From positions 1,952,001 through 2,016,000 of the forward strand of contig OZ242320.1 of NCBI GenBank assembly GCA_965208125.1: a DNA stretch of 64,000 nucleotides, read 5' to 3'. This stretch comes from Candidatus Latescibacterota bacterium (GTDB taxonomy: Bacteria; Latescibacterota; UBA2968). Positions 9,973 through 19,689 of this stretch are shown one piece after another (within the stretch, counting starts at the first letter, position 1; each line of letters starts with the position of its first letter). The position numbers were made by a program, and so were the translations under genes. The notes under the pieces are model-generated. The model worked only from the letters and a program-made list of their open reading frames with translations. It ran no database searches and was not told the DNA's origin.

Positions 9973-12018
9973 TTATCGCGGATTGACCCTTTTAAAATTA
10001 ACCTTGTATTGTTCGAGAGCCTCAAGCGCCTTGTTCTCGGGATGGGGATATATGTCGCGAGACTTCCCAAAAGACGCGACAGCGGCCACTCTCTGGCCCT
10101 GTTTTTGCAGCAAGCTACCCTTCAAGTAATACAGCCGCGCCAGAGTTCTCTTTTTTAATGCCTCGTGTTTGAGCGTCTCCGCCCTATCTAACCAGGTCGA
10201 GACCTGTTCCCAGTGCGAGCTATTCCCATGCTCTATAAGTATGGCGGCCATGCCGAGGAGACAGGTGTAACTTCCCTCTGCGAGGCGGAACAATTCCCGC
10301 ATTGAATCGAAAAAACCCGGATCGCCCGAAAAATAAATCAAACCCAAATATCGCCCGTACTGAAACAACAAACCGTTTCGCCGCACGCGCTCCCAGCGAT
10401 CAATGGGTTGCGAATGTACCAGATAGGTAAAATATTCCTCTCCTCGCGGGTGGCGTTTCAGTTCTATGGTACCCGGCTTGCCATCTTTAACCGCCTCTAT
10501 GAGAAAACCATAGATCCGTCCCTGGCGGTCGGGGAAAATGTCGTAATCCATGGGAAAAAAGAGGGATCGTTCAGTCGAATCAGTAAATTGTTCCAAAACT
10601 TCCTGCTTGTTCTCTTTGGGCATGAATGGACCGTAGAGGCGATTGCCATATACGAGTCCCTGAAGATTGTACAACGCGACATCTGGACGACGGTTCTCGA
10701 TGTATTGATAATAGCCCATCGGCCCGGTGGCATCGCCGAATACGAACAGGATCGCGTCCTCTGGCAGAATATCCAATTGCATGTCCGCATAGTGCTCGGC
10801 AAAATCGCTATCGGCTCGATCATTGGCGCGCCAGTGTTCGTGCACCGACCATGCAACCATCGCCGTGCCCACCAGCGCTGCCATACCAATTTTGAGTCTC
10901 GGCCTCTGGGCAAATTTGGAAGGCAACCGTTCTGCCAACCAGTCAATCACAACCTGCAATCCAATACTCAGCCATAGAGCCGCTATGCCGTAACAAAGCA
11001 GAGAATATGGCCGAAAGATCGCGACCCAGAAAAAGTCAAAATCGAAGCCCAGCAGGGCGATCAACACAATGCTATTGCCAAAAAATACCAGCAATCCGGA
11101 ACCCGCTTTTGCGATCTGCCGTCGCTGAAACAGAATGATCAGGCCGAACACGGCAAGTGCAAATCCCGGCAACGTCAATTGCCACAAAAATTCACTGCCA
11201 AGCCACTGCATGAACCCGAATCGGTCATTCCATCCCGCGCTGGGGCTGGCATCTATATGGGCATACCCCTGCCGGCTAAAATAGTGCCAAAATTCTTTCA
11301 ATGTATCGATAGAGCCGTAAAAATTGATCAGAGGATCTTGATGCGACCGCCAGACCATCCAAGCATAAGGCAAGACCGCACCCGGCAGAGAAATTCCCAA
11401 AAGTAGCGGCAGTTTCCGATACACAGTGCGCCAAACGGGAAAAACCAATAACATCAAACCCGGCGTTGAAAGCACCATCAGTGGCCAGTGATTGGTCAGG
11501 CTCAATCCATAAGTGACAGCCACAGCAATCCAGATACCTGTACGGTGCGGCTGGCGGATGCCGTACAAAATCAACGCATTGAGACCAAAAAAGAACAGCG
11601 TATTGAGCGTATAAACCTCGGCAATAATGGCCTGAGACCAGAAATGCTCAGAAACGGCAAACAGCCAGGCGGCAGTCCTGGCTGGGGTTGGCGATGCGCC
11701 CAACAGGCGGGCACATACATAAACGCAACCGCAGGCAAGCGCGCCCAATACCGCACTGGACAAATGACCGAGGAAAGCAACACTGCCAAAGGGCAATTGC
11801 GTGAACAGATAAACAATAAGGGTATAGAGCGGATAGCCCGGCGGATGCGCCACACCGAGGTGCGCCCCGGCCATGAGAAACAGGCCGTCGTCTTCCAGAA
11901 CAACAGTGCGCGGCATAGTAAGCACATAAAGCACGAGCGGGCCAATAACCGATGCGGCCAGTGCCATCCCATCGCGCAAGGGCTTAAATGCTTCAACCTG
12001 GGCATGCACGCGATTCAT
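9973..12018 (-). CDS. DUF2723 / TMEM260-like membrane glycosyltransferase with C-terminal TPR
   Basis: EDDG..GVAHPPGYPLY and FWSQAIIAEVYTLN motifs, multiple TM segments, TPR-like tail. Confidence 0.8.
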   Translation of the reverse strand: MNRVHAQVEAFKPLRDGMALAASVIGPLVLYVLTMPRTVVLEDDGLFLMAGAHLGVAHPPGYPLYTLIVYLFTQLPFGSVAFLGHLSSAVLGALACGCVYVCARLLGASPTPARTAAWLFAVSEHFWSQAIIAEVYTLNTLFFFGLNALILYGIRQPHRTGIWIAVAVTYGLSLTNHWPLMVLSTPGLMLLVFPVWRTVYRKLPLLLGISLPGAVLPYAWMVWRSHQDPLINFYGSIDTLKEFWHYFSRQGYAHIDASPSAGWNDRFGFMQWLGSEFLWQLTLPGFALAVFGLIILFQRRQIAKAGSGLLVFFGNSIVLIALLGFDFDFFWVAIFRPYSLLCYGIAALWLSIGLQVVIDWLAERLPSKFAQRPRLKIGMAALVGTAMVAWSVHEHWRANDRADSDFAEHYADMQLDILPEDAILFVFGDATGPMGYYQYIENRRPDVALYNLQGLVYGNRLYGPFMPKENKQEVLEQFTDSTERSLFFPMDYDIFPDRQGRIYGFLIEAVKDGKPGTIELKRHPRGEEYFTYLVHSQPIDRWERVRRNGLLFQYGRYLGLIYFSGDPGFFDSMRELFRLAEGSYTCLLGMAAILIEHGNSSHWEQVSTWLDRAETLKHEALKKRTLARLYYLKGSLLQKQGQRVAAVASFGKSRDIYPHPENKALEALEQYKVNFKRVNPR

Positions 12019-12032
12019 TGCGTACCGTCCTC

Positions 12033-12067
12033 TCACACTTCCTACTTCACACTTCCTACTTCACACT
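12033..12067. repeat. heptamer tandem repeat (TCACACT/TCCTACT) x5
   Basis: Alternating 7-mers read directly; overlaps the phyH-family stop codon. Confidence 0.85.
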
Positions 12068-12837
12068 TCACTCACCACCGGTGGTCGCCTTCCCGCAGAT
12101 GGCGGTGTTAAGATACGCCGCTGTTGATCTGATGGATTGGTATAGTCATCCGCATTGTAAAAATTATTGGAATACGCCAGATGGCCCGGCGCGTATTTAT
12201 ACAGAAATGCGCAGCGTTCATGGCCTGCTCTCCACGGCATCGTGCCGTGCATCAGCGCCTCTGTAAAAATCAGAGCATCGCCCGCTTCAACTTCTGGTTG
12301 AACCATATAATCTGGAACCCGCTCAAAATCTCGTACTTCAGGTGGCACATTTTGTCCAAAATTGGTCTTATGGCTCCCGGGAATACAGGCAAAGCCGCCA
12401 TCTCCTGCCTTTGCATCCGCCAAAAAGAACGTCACCACACTCAATCCATTCAACATCTCACCTTCCAGATACAGGTACTTGCGCTGACTGCCCGTATGCC
12501 CGCCGGGCGCACCGTGCAAGCGGCCACAAGCAGCCCCCGGCCTCATAAAGATGCAATAGTCGTGATCGAGGCGAAAAGCGGGACCGAGCAATTCAATTAA
12601 ATACGGCAAAATGCGCGGGTGATCAATCAGAGCCTGTGTCTCGGGTGACCACGCAGACACGCGCCCCACTTGCCGGCGACCAACTCGCCCCTTTGAATCC
12701 TCGTCCGGATCGTCGTAATCCCGCACAAATGTCGCATCCGCAACCTCATTGAGCCGTTTGACTTCCTCGGGCGTCAACACATTTTTAATGACCAGATAGC
12801 CCTCCAGGTCAAACATAAATCGTTCTTCTGGTGTCAT
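12061..12837 (-). CDS. phytanoyl-CoA dioxygenase (PhyH) family protein
   Basis: FDLEGYLVIKNVL, GGFACIPGSHK, GDALIFTEALMHG. Confidence 0.85.
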   Translation of the reverse strand: MTPEERFMFDLEGYLVIKNVLTPEEVKRLNEVADATFVRDYDDPDEDSKGRVGRRQVGRVSAWSPETQALIDHPRILPYLIELLGPAFRLDHDYCIFMRPGAACGRLHGAPGGHTGSQRKYLYLEGEMLNGLSVVTFFLADAKAGDGGFACIPGSHKTNFGQNVPPEVRDFERVPDYMVQPEVEAGDALIFTEALMHGTMPWRAGHERCAFLYKYAPGHLAYSNNFYNADDYTNPSDQQRRILTPPSAGRRPPVVSEV

Positions 12838-12886
12838 AGCTCCCTCCTAAAAACAAGCTTTCAGCTTTTAGCTCCCTGCTTGTTTT

Positions 12887-12917
12887 GCTAACTGCTGATC
12901 GCTGACTGCTGACCGCT
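12887..12917. repeat. heptamer tandem repeat GCTRAYY x4 with an inverted partner at 12856-12872
   Basis: gctaact gctgatc gctgact gctgacc; agctttcagcttttagc upstream. Confidence 0.7.
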
Positions 12918-14063
12918 TTAAATATAATTCGTCGAACCATCGGGCGCTTTGGTACTGCCCCGTTCCCAGTGGACGTATTCGCCCGCTTTGATAACTTCTT
13001 CGTTCACCTCCACACCCAAACCGGGGCGATCTGGCCTCAATTCCAAATAGCCATCCACGGGCCAATAGGGTTCATCCAACCAATTCAGGGCATTGCTTTC
13101 ATCGGGCAGGTGATATTCCAGAATTTTGAAATTGGGCGTAGCAGCGGCAAAGTGGACATTGACCGCTGTAGCCAATGGACCCATCGGGTTATGCGGTGCC
13201 ACCGTCACATAATGCGCCTGTGCAATGGCAGCGATCTTTCGCATCTCCAATAACCCACCACATATACAAACATCTGGCTGAATAATATCTGCGCCATCTT
13301 TCGATAACAAATCCAAAAACTCAAACTTCGTGTACAGAGATTCGCCCGTTGCCAGCGGAACCTGCATTTGTGAACGCAAGCGCGCCCACGCATCGCTATT
13401 CTCGGGCCTTAATGGTTCTTCATAAAAAAGCGGATCATAAGGCGCAAGCGCGTTGGCAAGTTGCAATGCGCGAATAGGCTCAAAAATTTTGGCGTGCGGA
13501 TCAAATGCAAATTCCCAATCGTCATCCGAATGCTCTCGCAATGCCGCAAAATACTCGGCTGCCGCCGCACATATCCGACCCCAGCGACTCGCACTGGGAT
13601 CCAGGCGAAACGGACTGGTCTTAAATGCCGTAATACCGTGTTCTTCATTTAGCTTGCGCGCAACACCTGCAGCTTCCTTGCCGTCTTTTCCGCCGACACT
13701 CCGATAAACCTGAATGCGATCGCGCACAGCACCGCCCAACAGCATATAAACCGGCAAACCCGCGGCTTTGCCACTGATATCCCACAGCGCGTGGTCCAGC
13801 CCCGACATAGCGGAAAGACCAATTGCCCCTGGTGGAAATCGGAACTGCTGAAACAGCTTGAGCATAATATACTCAATCCGTCGCGGATCTTCGCCTTTAA
13901 CCAGCTCAAAAATATAATCCATCGTTGGACCAATTGCCAGATCGGGACCAGGGCTATAACACTCTCCCCATCCGTAAATCCCTTCGTCGGTTTCGACCTT
14001 TACCAGCGCACGAGACCGCTGCCCCATGCTCGCCATAAACGTCTTGATCGCTGTGATTTTCAT
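12918..14063 (-). CDS. mandelate racemase/muconate lactonizing family enzyme (galactonate dehydratase-like)
   Basis: VKVETDEGIYGWGE, ALWDISGK, FYEEP, ATGE, DIIQPD, APHNP. Confidence 0.85.
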   Translation of the reverse strand: MKITAIKTFMASMGQRSRALVKVETDEGIYGWGECYSPGPDLAIGPTMDYIFELVKGEDPRRIEYIMLKLFQQFRFPPGAIGLSAMSGLDHALWDISGKAAGLPVYMLLGGAVRDRIQVYRSVGGKDGKEAAGVARKLNEEHGITAFKTSPFRLDPSASRWGRICAAAAEYFAALREHSDDDWEFAFDPHAKIFEPIRALQLANALAPYDPLFYEEPLRPENSDAWARLRSQMQVPLATGESLYTKFEFLDLLSKDGADIIQPDVCICGGLLEMRKIAAIAQAHYVTVAPHNPMGPLATAVNVHFAAATPNFKILEYHLPDESNALNWLDEPYWPVDGYLELRPDRPGLGVEVNEEVIKAGEYVHWERGSTKAPDGSTNYI

Positions 14064-14936
14064 TTATCCCCCCACTTTGCACGCCACGCGATAAACATCC
14101 GTGCGCGCTGTAAAAAACAACGTCTTTCGATCTTCGCCGCCCCAATTCAAATTGGCAGCCGGAAGAGGCAGTCTAATTTTTCCAAGAAGATCACCCGCAG
14201 GATTAAACACCCATACAGCCCCAGGTCCCGTGCAATAAATATTCCCATTGCGATCCAGCTTCATGCCATCGGGTGCCCCATCTTCATCGCCTTTCAGTTC
14301 GGCCAATACCCTGCCATTTGCGAGAGAGCCATCTTCCTGCACATCAAATGCGCGAATATGTCCCCGATGCGTGTCATCGACGTACAGAGTTTTTTCATCG
14401 GCTGTTATCGCCAACCCATTGGGGCGTTCAAAATCGTCAATCAAAAGGATGGGTTCTGATTCGCCTATAGGCAGGCGATACACCCCCAGGAATGGCAATT
14501 CCTGTTCTCCCGGCACACCATGCCTACCCGACAGACCATAAGGTGGATCCGTAAAAATAATATCCCCATTTTGACATACAACCAGGTCGTTGGGCGAATT
14601 GAGCTTTTTGCCCTGATACGAATCTACCAACGTGTTCAATTCGCCATTCGCCTCAATGCTCACCCGTCGTCCAGAGTGTTCGCACGAAAGAAGCCGACCC
14701 TGTCCATCCAGGGTCAATCCATTTGAATGATAACTCGGTTGGCGATAGGCGACCACACCCCCTTCTGGCGTCCACTTAAAAATGGTATTTGCCGGAATAT
14801 CCGAAAAAAACAAACACACCTGTGCGGGATCCCAGACCGGACCTTCGGTGAACTGAAATCCATCTGCAACCAATTCGGGGTCTGCCGCGGGATCGACCAG
14901 ATCGGCCATCTCGTCCCGAATAACTTCAATACCCAT
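14064..14936 (-). CDS. SMP-30/gluconolactonase/LRE family protein
   Basis: GFQFTEGPVW, NSPND, FTDPPYG, PNGLA, PDGM. Confidence 0.9.
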   Translation of the reverse strand: MGIEVIRDEMADLVDPAADPELVADGFQFTEGPVWDPAQVCLFFSDIPANTIFKWTPEGGVVAYRQPSYHSNGLTLDGQGRLLSCEHSGRRVSIEANGELNTLVDSYQGKKLNSPNDLVVCQNGDIIFTDPPYGLSGRHGVPGEQELPFLGVYRLPIGESEPILLIDDFERPNGLAITADEKTLYVDDTHRGHIRAFDVQEDGSLANGRVLAELKGDEDGAPDGMKLDRNGNIYCTGPGAVWVFNPAGDLLGKIRLPLPAANLNWGGEDRKTLFFTARTDVYRVACKVGG

Positions 14937-14978
14937 TGTATGAACCTTTCATAAAAAGTTGTAAAAAACAAAAAATGG

Positions 14979-15176
14979 TTATGCGGTCACTTCCTGAAAT
15001 GAAAATTCCCGGAGTCCTGCATTTGCTTTGGCGTGCTCAATTGTCATACTTACCAGATTCCCCTCTTCATCGAGATCGACATAGATGTTTTCATTAATTT
15101 CTCTGGTCTCAAAAAATTTTTTATCTACAAATTCAACCTGTGCCGTATCCGTATCAGAAAAGTATCGTATTTTCAT
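14979..15176 (-). CDS. DUF2283 family small protein (putative antitoxin)
   Basis: MKIRYFSDTDT...VDLDEEGNLVSMTIEHA pattern. Confidence 0.8.
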   Translation of the reverse strand: MKIRYFSDTDTAQVEFVDKKFFETREINENIYVDLDEEGNLVSMTIEHAKANAGLREFSFQEVTA

Positions 15177-15223
15177 ATCTCAAAATCTCTATAAAAAAAA
15201 GCATTGTGAACCGTTTCACCGTC
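15173..15223 (-). pseudogene. 3' remnant of the partner (putative toxin) gene usually upstream of DUF2283
   Basis: Reads DGETVHNAFFYRDFEI*, ATGA-coupled to the DUF2283 start; in-frame TAA immediately upstream and no start codon. Confidence 0.6.
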
Positions 15224-15287
15224 TTATATTAACAACAAATCAATTTAAAAGCATTCATACACATCGGCAACCGTTAAAGGAGGGGTT

Positions 15288-16520
15288 ATGGAGCGGATAA
15301 TCAGCCTGCTGGGTCTGGTGGTCATGATAGGTTTGGCCTGGGCTATGAGTGAGCACAAAAAGCAGGTGAACCTTCGCGTGGTATGGGGCGGGCTGTTTTT
15401 GCAACTTGTCCTCGCGTTATTCATTCTAAAGACGTCAATCGGCGCGGCCATATTTCAAAGCATCGGAGATTTTTTTACCGCCACATTGGGCTTTGTCGAT
15501 GCGGGCACAAGCCTGGTATTTGGAGAAGAATACGTCCACCACTTCTTCGCTTTCAAAGTATTGCCCACCATCATCTTCTTTTCCTCATTGATGTCCATTC
15601 TCTATTATCTCGGCATCATTCAAAAAGTCGTTGAAGCATTTGCATGGGTCATGCAACGCACATTGGGCACGTCGGGATCGGAAACACTCTCTGCAGCGGC
15701 CAATATCTTTGTCGGGCAAACTGAAGCCCCGCTGATGGTGCGTCCATACATAAGCAGCATGACAAAATCGGAACTCATGGCATTGATGGTCGGAGGCTTT
15801 GCGACCATTGCCGGGGGCGTCTTGGTCGCCTATGCGGGCATGGGCATTGACGCGGGACATCTCGTAGCCGCGTCGGTCATCTCCGCACCTGCAGCACTAT
15901 TGATTTCCAAACTGATGATTCCCGAAACCGAGCAATCCGTGACCCTGGGACACGTTGAATTAAGTGTGGATGAAAAACACGCCAATATCGTGGATGCAGC
16001 CACCAACGGGGCATTAGACGGCATGAAACTAACCCTCAACGTCGTCGCAATGCTCATCGCTTTCCTCGCCCTCGTCGCACTGGTCGATGCCATTCTCGGT
16101 CTGATTGGTGGGTGGATTGGCGCGCTCCTTGGATACAACTGGCACTGGTCCCTCGCCGCACTTTTCGGTTATGTCTTTGCACCATTTGCCTATCTGCTGG
16201 GCATCCCCTGGGCCGATTGCTTCTATGCTGGTGAATTACTGGGCAAGAAGATGGTACTCAACGAATTTATCGCCTATGCACAAATGATGGAATGGTCCCA
16301 GCCCGATTCCGGCGTGGTCTTGAGCGAACGGAGCACCTTGATCCTGACTTATGCATTGTGCGGCTTTGCCAACTTTGGCAGCGTGGGCATTCAAATCGGC
16401 GGCATCGGCGGCATTGCCCCAGAACGCCGCACAGAATTAGCCATCCTCGGCATACGCGCCATGATAGGCGGCACACTTGCAATGATGATGACCGCCTGTA
16501 TTGCTGGTATTTTGATATAA
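15288..16520 (+). CDS. nupC: NupC/CNT family nucleoside transporter
   Basis: FAFKVLPTIIFFS, NIFVGQTEAPL, GFATIAG, NEFIAY, LCGFANFGS. Confidence 0.9.
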   Translation: MERIISLLGLVVMIGLAWAMSEHKKQVNLRVVWGGLFLQLVLALFILKTSIGAAIFQSIGDFFTATLGFVDAGTSLVFGEEYVHHFFAFKVLPTIIFFSSLMSILYYLGIIQKVVEAFAWVMQRTLGTSGSETLSAAANIFVGQTEAPLMVRPYISSMTKSELMALMVGGFATIAGGVLVAYAGMGIDAGHLVAASVISAPAALLISKLMIPETEQSVTLGHVELSVDEKHANIVDAATNGALDGMKLTLNVVAMLIAFLALVALVDAILGLIGGWIGALLGYNWHWSLAALFGYVFAPFAYLLGIPWADCFYAGELLGKKMVLNEFIAYAQMMEWSQPDSGVVLSERSTLILTYALCGFANFGSVGIQIGGIGGIAPERRTELAILGIRAMIGGTLAMMMTACIAGILI

Positions 16521-16526
16521 AAAAAC

Positions 16527-16566
16527 GCGGTTGGTTGACTTTTATGGTTGGGTATAGTAACTTCGA
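16527..16566 (+). promoter_or_regulatory. promoter copy 1 (repeated at 19690-19729)
   Basis: TTGACT-17bp-TAACTT; 37/40 identical to the second copy. Confidence 0.6.
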
Positions 16567-16651
16567 ACATAACCGGCAGTTCCGACGAAGCGACGACTTA
16601 GAAACTGATGGTCGTCCAAGGGGCGATCATAGAGAGGTTAATAGGTAAAAA

Positions 16652-18100
16652 ATGAAAAATATTGTTTTACTTATCACCGATACCTTTCGGTATGACAATC
16701 TCGGCGAGCGGGCGAGACGTCCGATTCGCACGCCAATGCTCGATAAATTTGAGACAGAACGAGCGACTGCTATTGACAAATTCTATATGAGTAGTTTCCC
16801 GACGGTACCGCACCGCACAGATATTATGACGGGAACAGTCGGGTGGCCCCACTACCCGTGGCAGCCAATCGATCTGAGCGGACGGAACATCACCGCGCAA
16901 CTTCTGAGTGAGCAGGGATACGCAACGCAGCTCATCTGTGACACCCCGCACCTGTTTAACACACGGTTCCAGCACTGTTTCGATGCCGCTTTCCAGCATC
17001 GTGGACAGGAAGGAGACAAACCGCTTCTCCACCTCAACGATGAAATAAAAATCGTTATGCCGAATGAAAAGACGCGACCGCATCCATCATACCGCGGACA
17101 CACCCTACCGAACACGCACCGCTGGACGAACCGCTACTACCAGTACGAGGCGGAAACGTTCTCCAGTAGGACTTCCGAGACTACAATTCGATGGTTGGAG
17201 GAAAACCACCGCTCGGGTCCCTTTTTCCTCTGGGTTGACTTCTTCGATCCACACGAACCGTGGGACCCACCTGAATACCTTGTCAAACGATACGATCCAG
17301 ATTATACCGGTCCACCGATGATACATCCGAACTACGGTCTGTCGTCCCTCTTTACGGATGCGGAATTGCACAACCTCTGGGCACACTACGCAGCAGAGGC
17401 AGAACTCATTGACCGACACATCGGACGGGTTCTGCAGAAAGTGGAAGATCTGGATTTATGGGATGATACCCTCGTCGTTGTGCTTTCCGACCACGGCATG
17501 TCCATCGGTGAACACAGTAGAACGGGTAAATCCAACATCGATCCAGACGATTCACGCTACTGGCCCACGTATCCAGAGATTAACCATGAGATGTTCCTGA
17601 TTGCTGGTGGAGATGTTCCGTGCGGGCAACGCCTCGATCTTATCGCGCAACCGATGGATATTATGCCGACACTCTGTGAATTGGCTGGTGTTACCTTGGA
17701 TCCACCCAAACCATTTGAGGGACATTCCTTCACACAGGCTCTCCTTAACGGTGATACACAACACAGGGAATACGCCGTAACAGGTTGCCATATCGGCGCA
17801 CCGGACGGGAGTGTACCACGTCGAGCAACAACGCCGTTCCTCGTCACCGAACGCTGGGGATACGCACCTGTCGGTGAATACGGAAGACCGGAACTGTTCG
17901 ACCTACCCGCAGACCCCATAGCGGAGAACAACATCGCTGCGGATAACATGGAACTCGTCAAGGAATTGCATGAACTCTTTATGGCGCATCTCACGGAGCA
18001 TAATGCGCCTGAGAAGTTCCTTGATCTCTGGAAGGAAGAACCCTCCGGCGACGGACGCGGCAAATGGTCAATCGACTATCCTGACGAGTCAGATGAATAG
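16652..18100 (+). CDS. sulfatase-fold hydrolase, Thr-type active-site motif
   Basis: ITDTFRYD, SSFPTVPHRTD, FDPHEPWDPP, SDHG. Confidence 0.85.
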   Translation: MKNIVLLITDTFRYDNLGERARRPIRTPMLDKFETERATAIDKFYMSSFPTVPHRTDIMTGTVGWPHYPWQPIDLSGRNITAQLLSEQGYATQLICDTPHLFNTRFQHCFDAAFQHRGQEGDKPLLHLNDEIKIVMPNEKTRPHPSYRGHTLPNTHRWTNRYYQYEAETFSSRTSETTIRWLEENHRSGPFFLWVDFFDPHEPWDPPEYLVKRYDPDYTGPPMIHPNYGLSSLFTDAELHNLWAHYAAEAELIDRHIGRVLQKVEDLDLWDDTLVVVLSDHGMSIGEHSRTGKSNIDPDDSRYWPTYPEINHEMFLIAGGDVPCGQRLDLIAQPMDIMPTLCELAGVTLDPPKPFEGHSFTQALLNGDTQHREYAVTGCHIGAPDGSVPRRATTPFLVTERWGYAPVGEYGRPELFDLPADPIAENNIAADNMELVKELHELFMAHLTEHNAPEKFLDLWKEEPSGDGRGKWSIDYPDESDE

Positions 18101-18108
18101 AACTTGGT

Positions 18109-18143
18109 AAAAGGGCGGGACACCGAAGTGTTCCGCCCTTTTG
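18109..18143. terminator. bidirectional terminator
   Basis: AAAAGGGCGG..CCGCCCTTTT between convergent genes. Confidence 0.7.
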
Positions 18144-18176
18144 TATTCATTCTTTCCTAAATGAAGTACCGAAAAC

Positions 18177-19466
18177 CTAAGTATTATCAGGTACATCAAG
18201 CACGGCATCAAGCTGATCCATCACTTTGTGAAACGCTTCGACGTAACAGGACATCAACTCGAAATCGTTGGGTGGGTTGACATCGAAGATATAACAGTGA
18301 GAATCAATGAATTCAACAGTTCGAGGATAATCCTTTGTCTTATATTCAACCGTCGACTGATTACATCGCCACGGACAGCCTATCCCGTAACCGATCCGAT
18401 TCTGGAAAATCTTTTGAGACGGCACGGGGAGCCGTTGCCACTGTCCGGTCGGCACCCCCTCAGCGCGTAGTGCCGCTTGCACCTTCTCACGCAAGGTTCG
18501 TGCGGGAATATCCAACCCCAATGCCTCTGGATCGAAACCGATAACATAGTTGTAATACACCGGTTCACACGCTTCTGGCGTAACAGGCGTTTCAATGCCG
18601 TCAATTTCATCCAGATGTTCGGTAAGATAGTGGCAATTCCTGATCCGCAGCGCGTTGTTCACATCAAGCCGTTTGAGCTGGCTACGGATGAACGCTTGAC
18701 TGAACATATCCCCACGATACATCCACCCAAGCCCGTAAGCATTGTACTCCTGTTCCTCGCGTTCCCTACCCGGCACGACGATTTCCCCGAAATACTGCAA
18801 TAACGCTGCGCGTTTGTAGATTTGCTCATCATCCGTTGTGAACAAACCGCCTTGACACCCACTACTCAGCGTCTTTGAGGCTTGCGTGCTGTAACCCGCC
18901 GCATCGCCAAATGACCCACAAAGCTTGCCGTTATAATATGCTCCGTGTGCCTGAGCGACATCTTCAATAACTTTCAGGTCATGCTTCTTCGCAATCGCTA
19001 AAATCGGATCCATATCGGCGGGCATACCGTGGATATGAACCGGCATAATCGCACATGTTCGCTCCGTGATTTTCGCTTCGATGTCGTTTGGGTCAATACA
19101 GTAGGTTATTGGGTCAATGTCAACAAAGACGGGAATAGCGTTGTGATGGAGAACAGCTGCTGCCGTTGCCCAGAAAGTGAAGGCAGGGATAATGACCTCG
19201 TCACCCGGCTCAATGCCAACACCTGCGACACACATATGCAACGCAGCGGTTCCGCTGTTGACTGGGATGCAATACTGGACACCCATATATTCCGCCCATT
19301 CCTTCGCGAGACCTTCGGATTGGATCCGTTGCTGTTCCGTAATTTTTTCGGAGGCGATAACCTCGGCAATCGCGTCTTTGTCGGATGGGGTAACCTGTGG
19401 CCACGGCTGAATTAATCCATCAGGGACAGTCCCTTTACCACCATATATAGCGAGTTTTGCTGCCAT
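18177..19466 (-). CDS. DegT/DnrJ/EryC1/StrS PLP aminotransferase
   Basis: VNSGTAALH, IMPVHIHG, IEDVAQAHGA, PLP-Lys motif STQASKTL. Confidence 0.9.
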   Translation of the reverse strand: MAAKLAIYGGKGTVPDGLIQPWPQVTPSDKDAIAEVIASEKITEQQRIQSEGLAKEWAEYMGVQYCIPVNSGTAALHMCVAGVGIEPGDEVIIPAFTFWATAAAVLHHNAIPVFVDIDPITYCIDPNDIEAKITERTCAIMPVHIHGMPADMDPILAIAKKHDLKVIEDVAQAHGAYYNGKLCGSFGDAAGYSTQASKTLSSGCQGGLFTTDDEQIYKRAALLQYFGEIVVPGREREEQEYNAYGLGWMYRGDMFSQAFIRSQLKRLDVNNALRIRNCHYLTEHLDEIDGIETPVTPEACEPVYYNYVIGFDPEALGLDIPARTLREKVQAALRAEGVPTGQWQRLPVPSQKIFQNRIGYGIGCPWRCNQSTVEYKTKDYPRTVEFIDSHCYIFDVNPPNDFELMSCYVEAFHKVMDQLDAVLDVPDNT

Positions 19467-19520
19467 GAGCGACCTCCTTATGCGCCTTTAGACCGCATAG
19501 AAATGGGAACGAGAACAAAA

Positions 19521-19643
19521 GACACCGAATTAATTTACGGGCATTTACAGACATCAACAACCGTTAAAGAAGGGTCTATGGAGCGCGTAATCAGCTTGCT
19601 TGCAATGATGATGACCGCTTGTGTTGCGGGTATTTTGATCTGA
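19521..19643 (+). pseudogene. internally deleted nupC allele (leader and first codons joined to the last 14 codons)
   Basis: 19521-19600 is 62/80 identical (gapless) to 15231-15310; 19601-19643 is 38/43 identical to 16478-16520. Confidence 0.85.
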
Positions 19644-19689
19644 CATCTAAAACCACCATCCCGCAGACAATATGCACACCTCTCAATGA

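Noticed and set aside
8653-10158. 501-aa plus-strand ORF
   Set aside because: Antisense shadow of the motif-bearing sulfatase-like gene; no recognisable motifs
12033-12917. Short repeats as a CRISPR array
   Set aside because: 7-bp tandem units without spacers; no cas genes or repeat-spacer periodicity seen anywhere in the window
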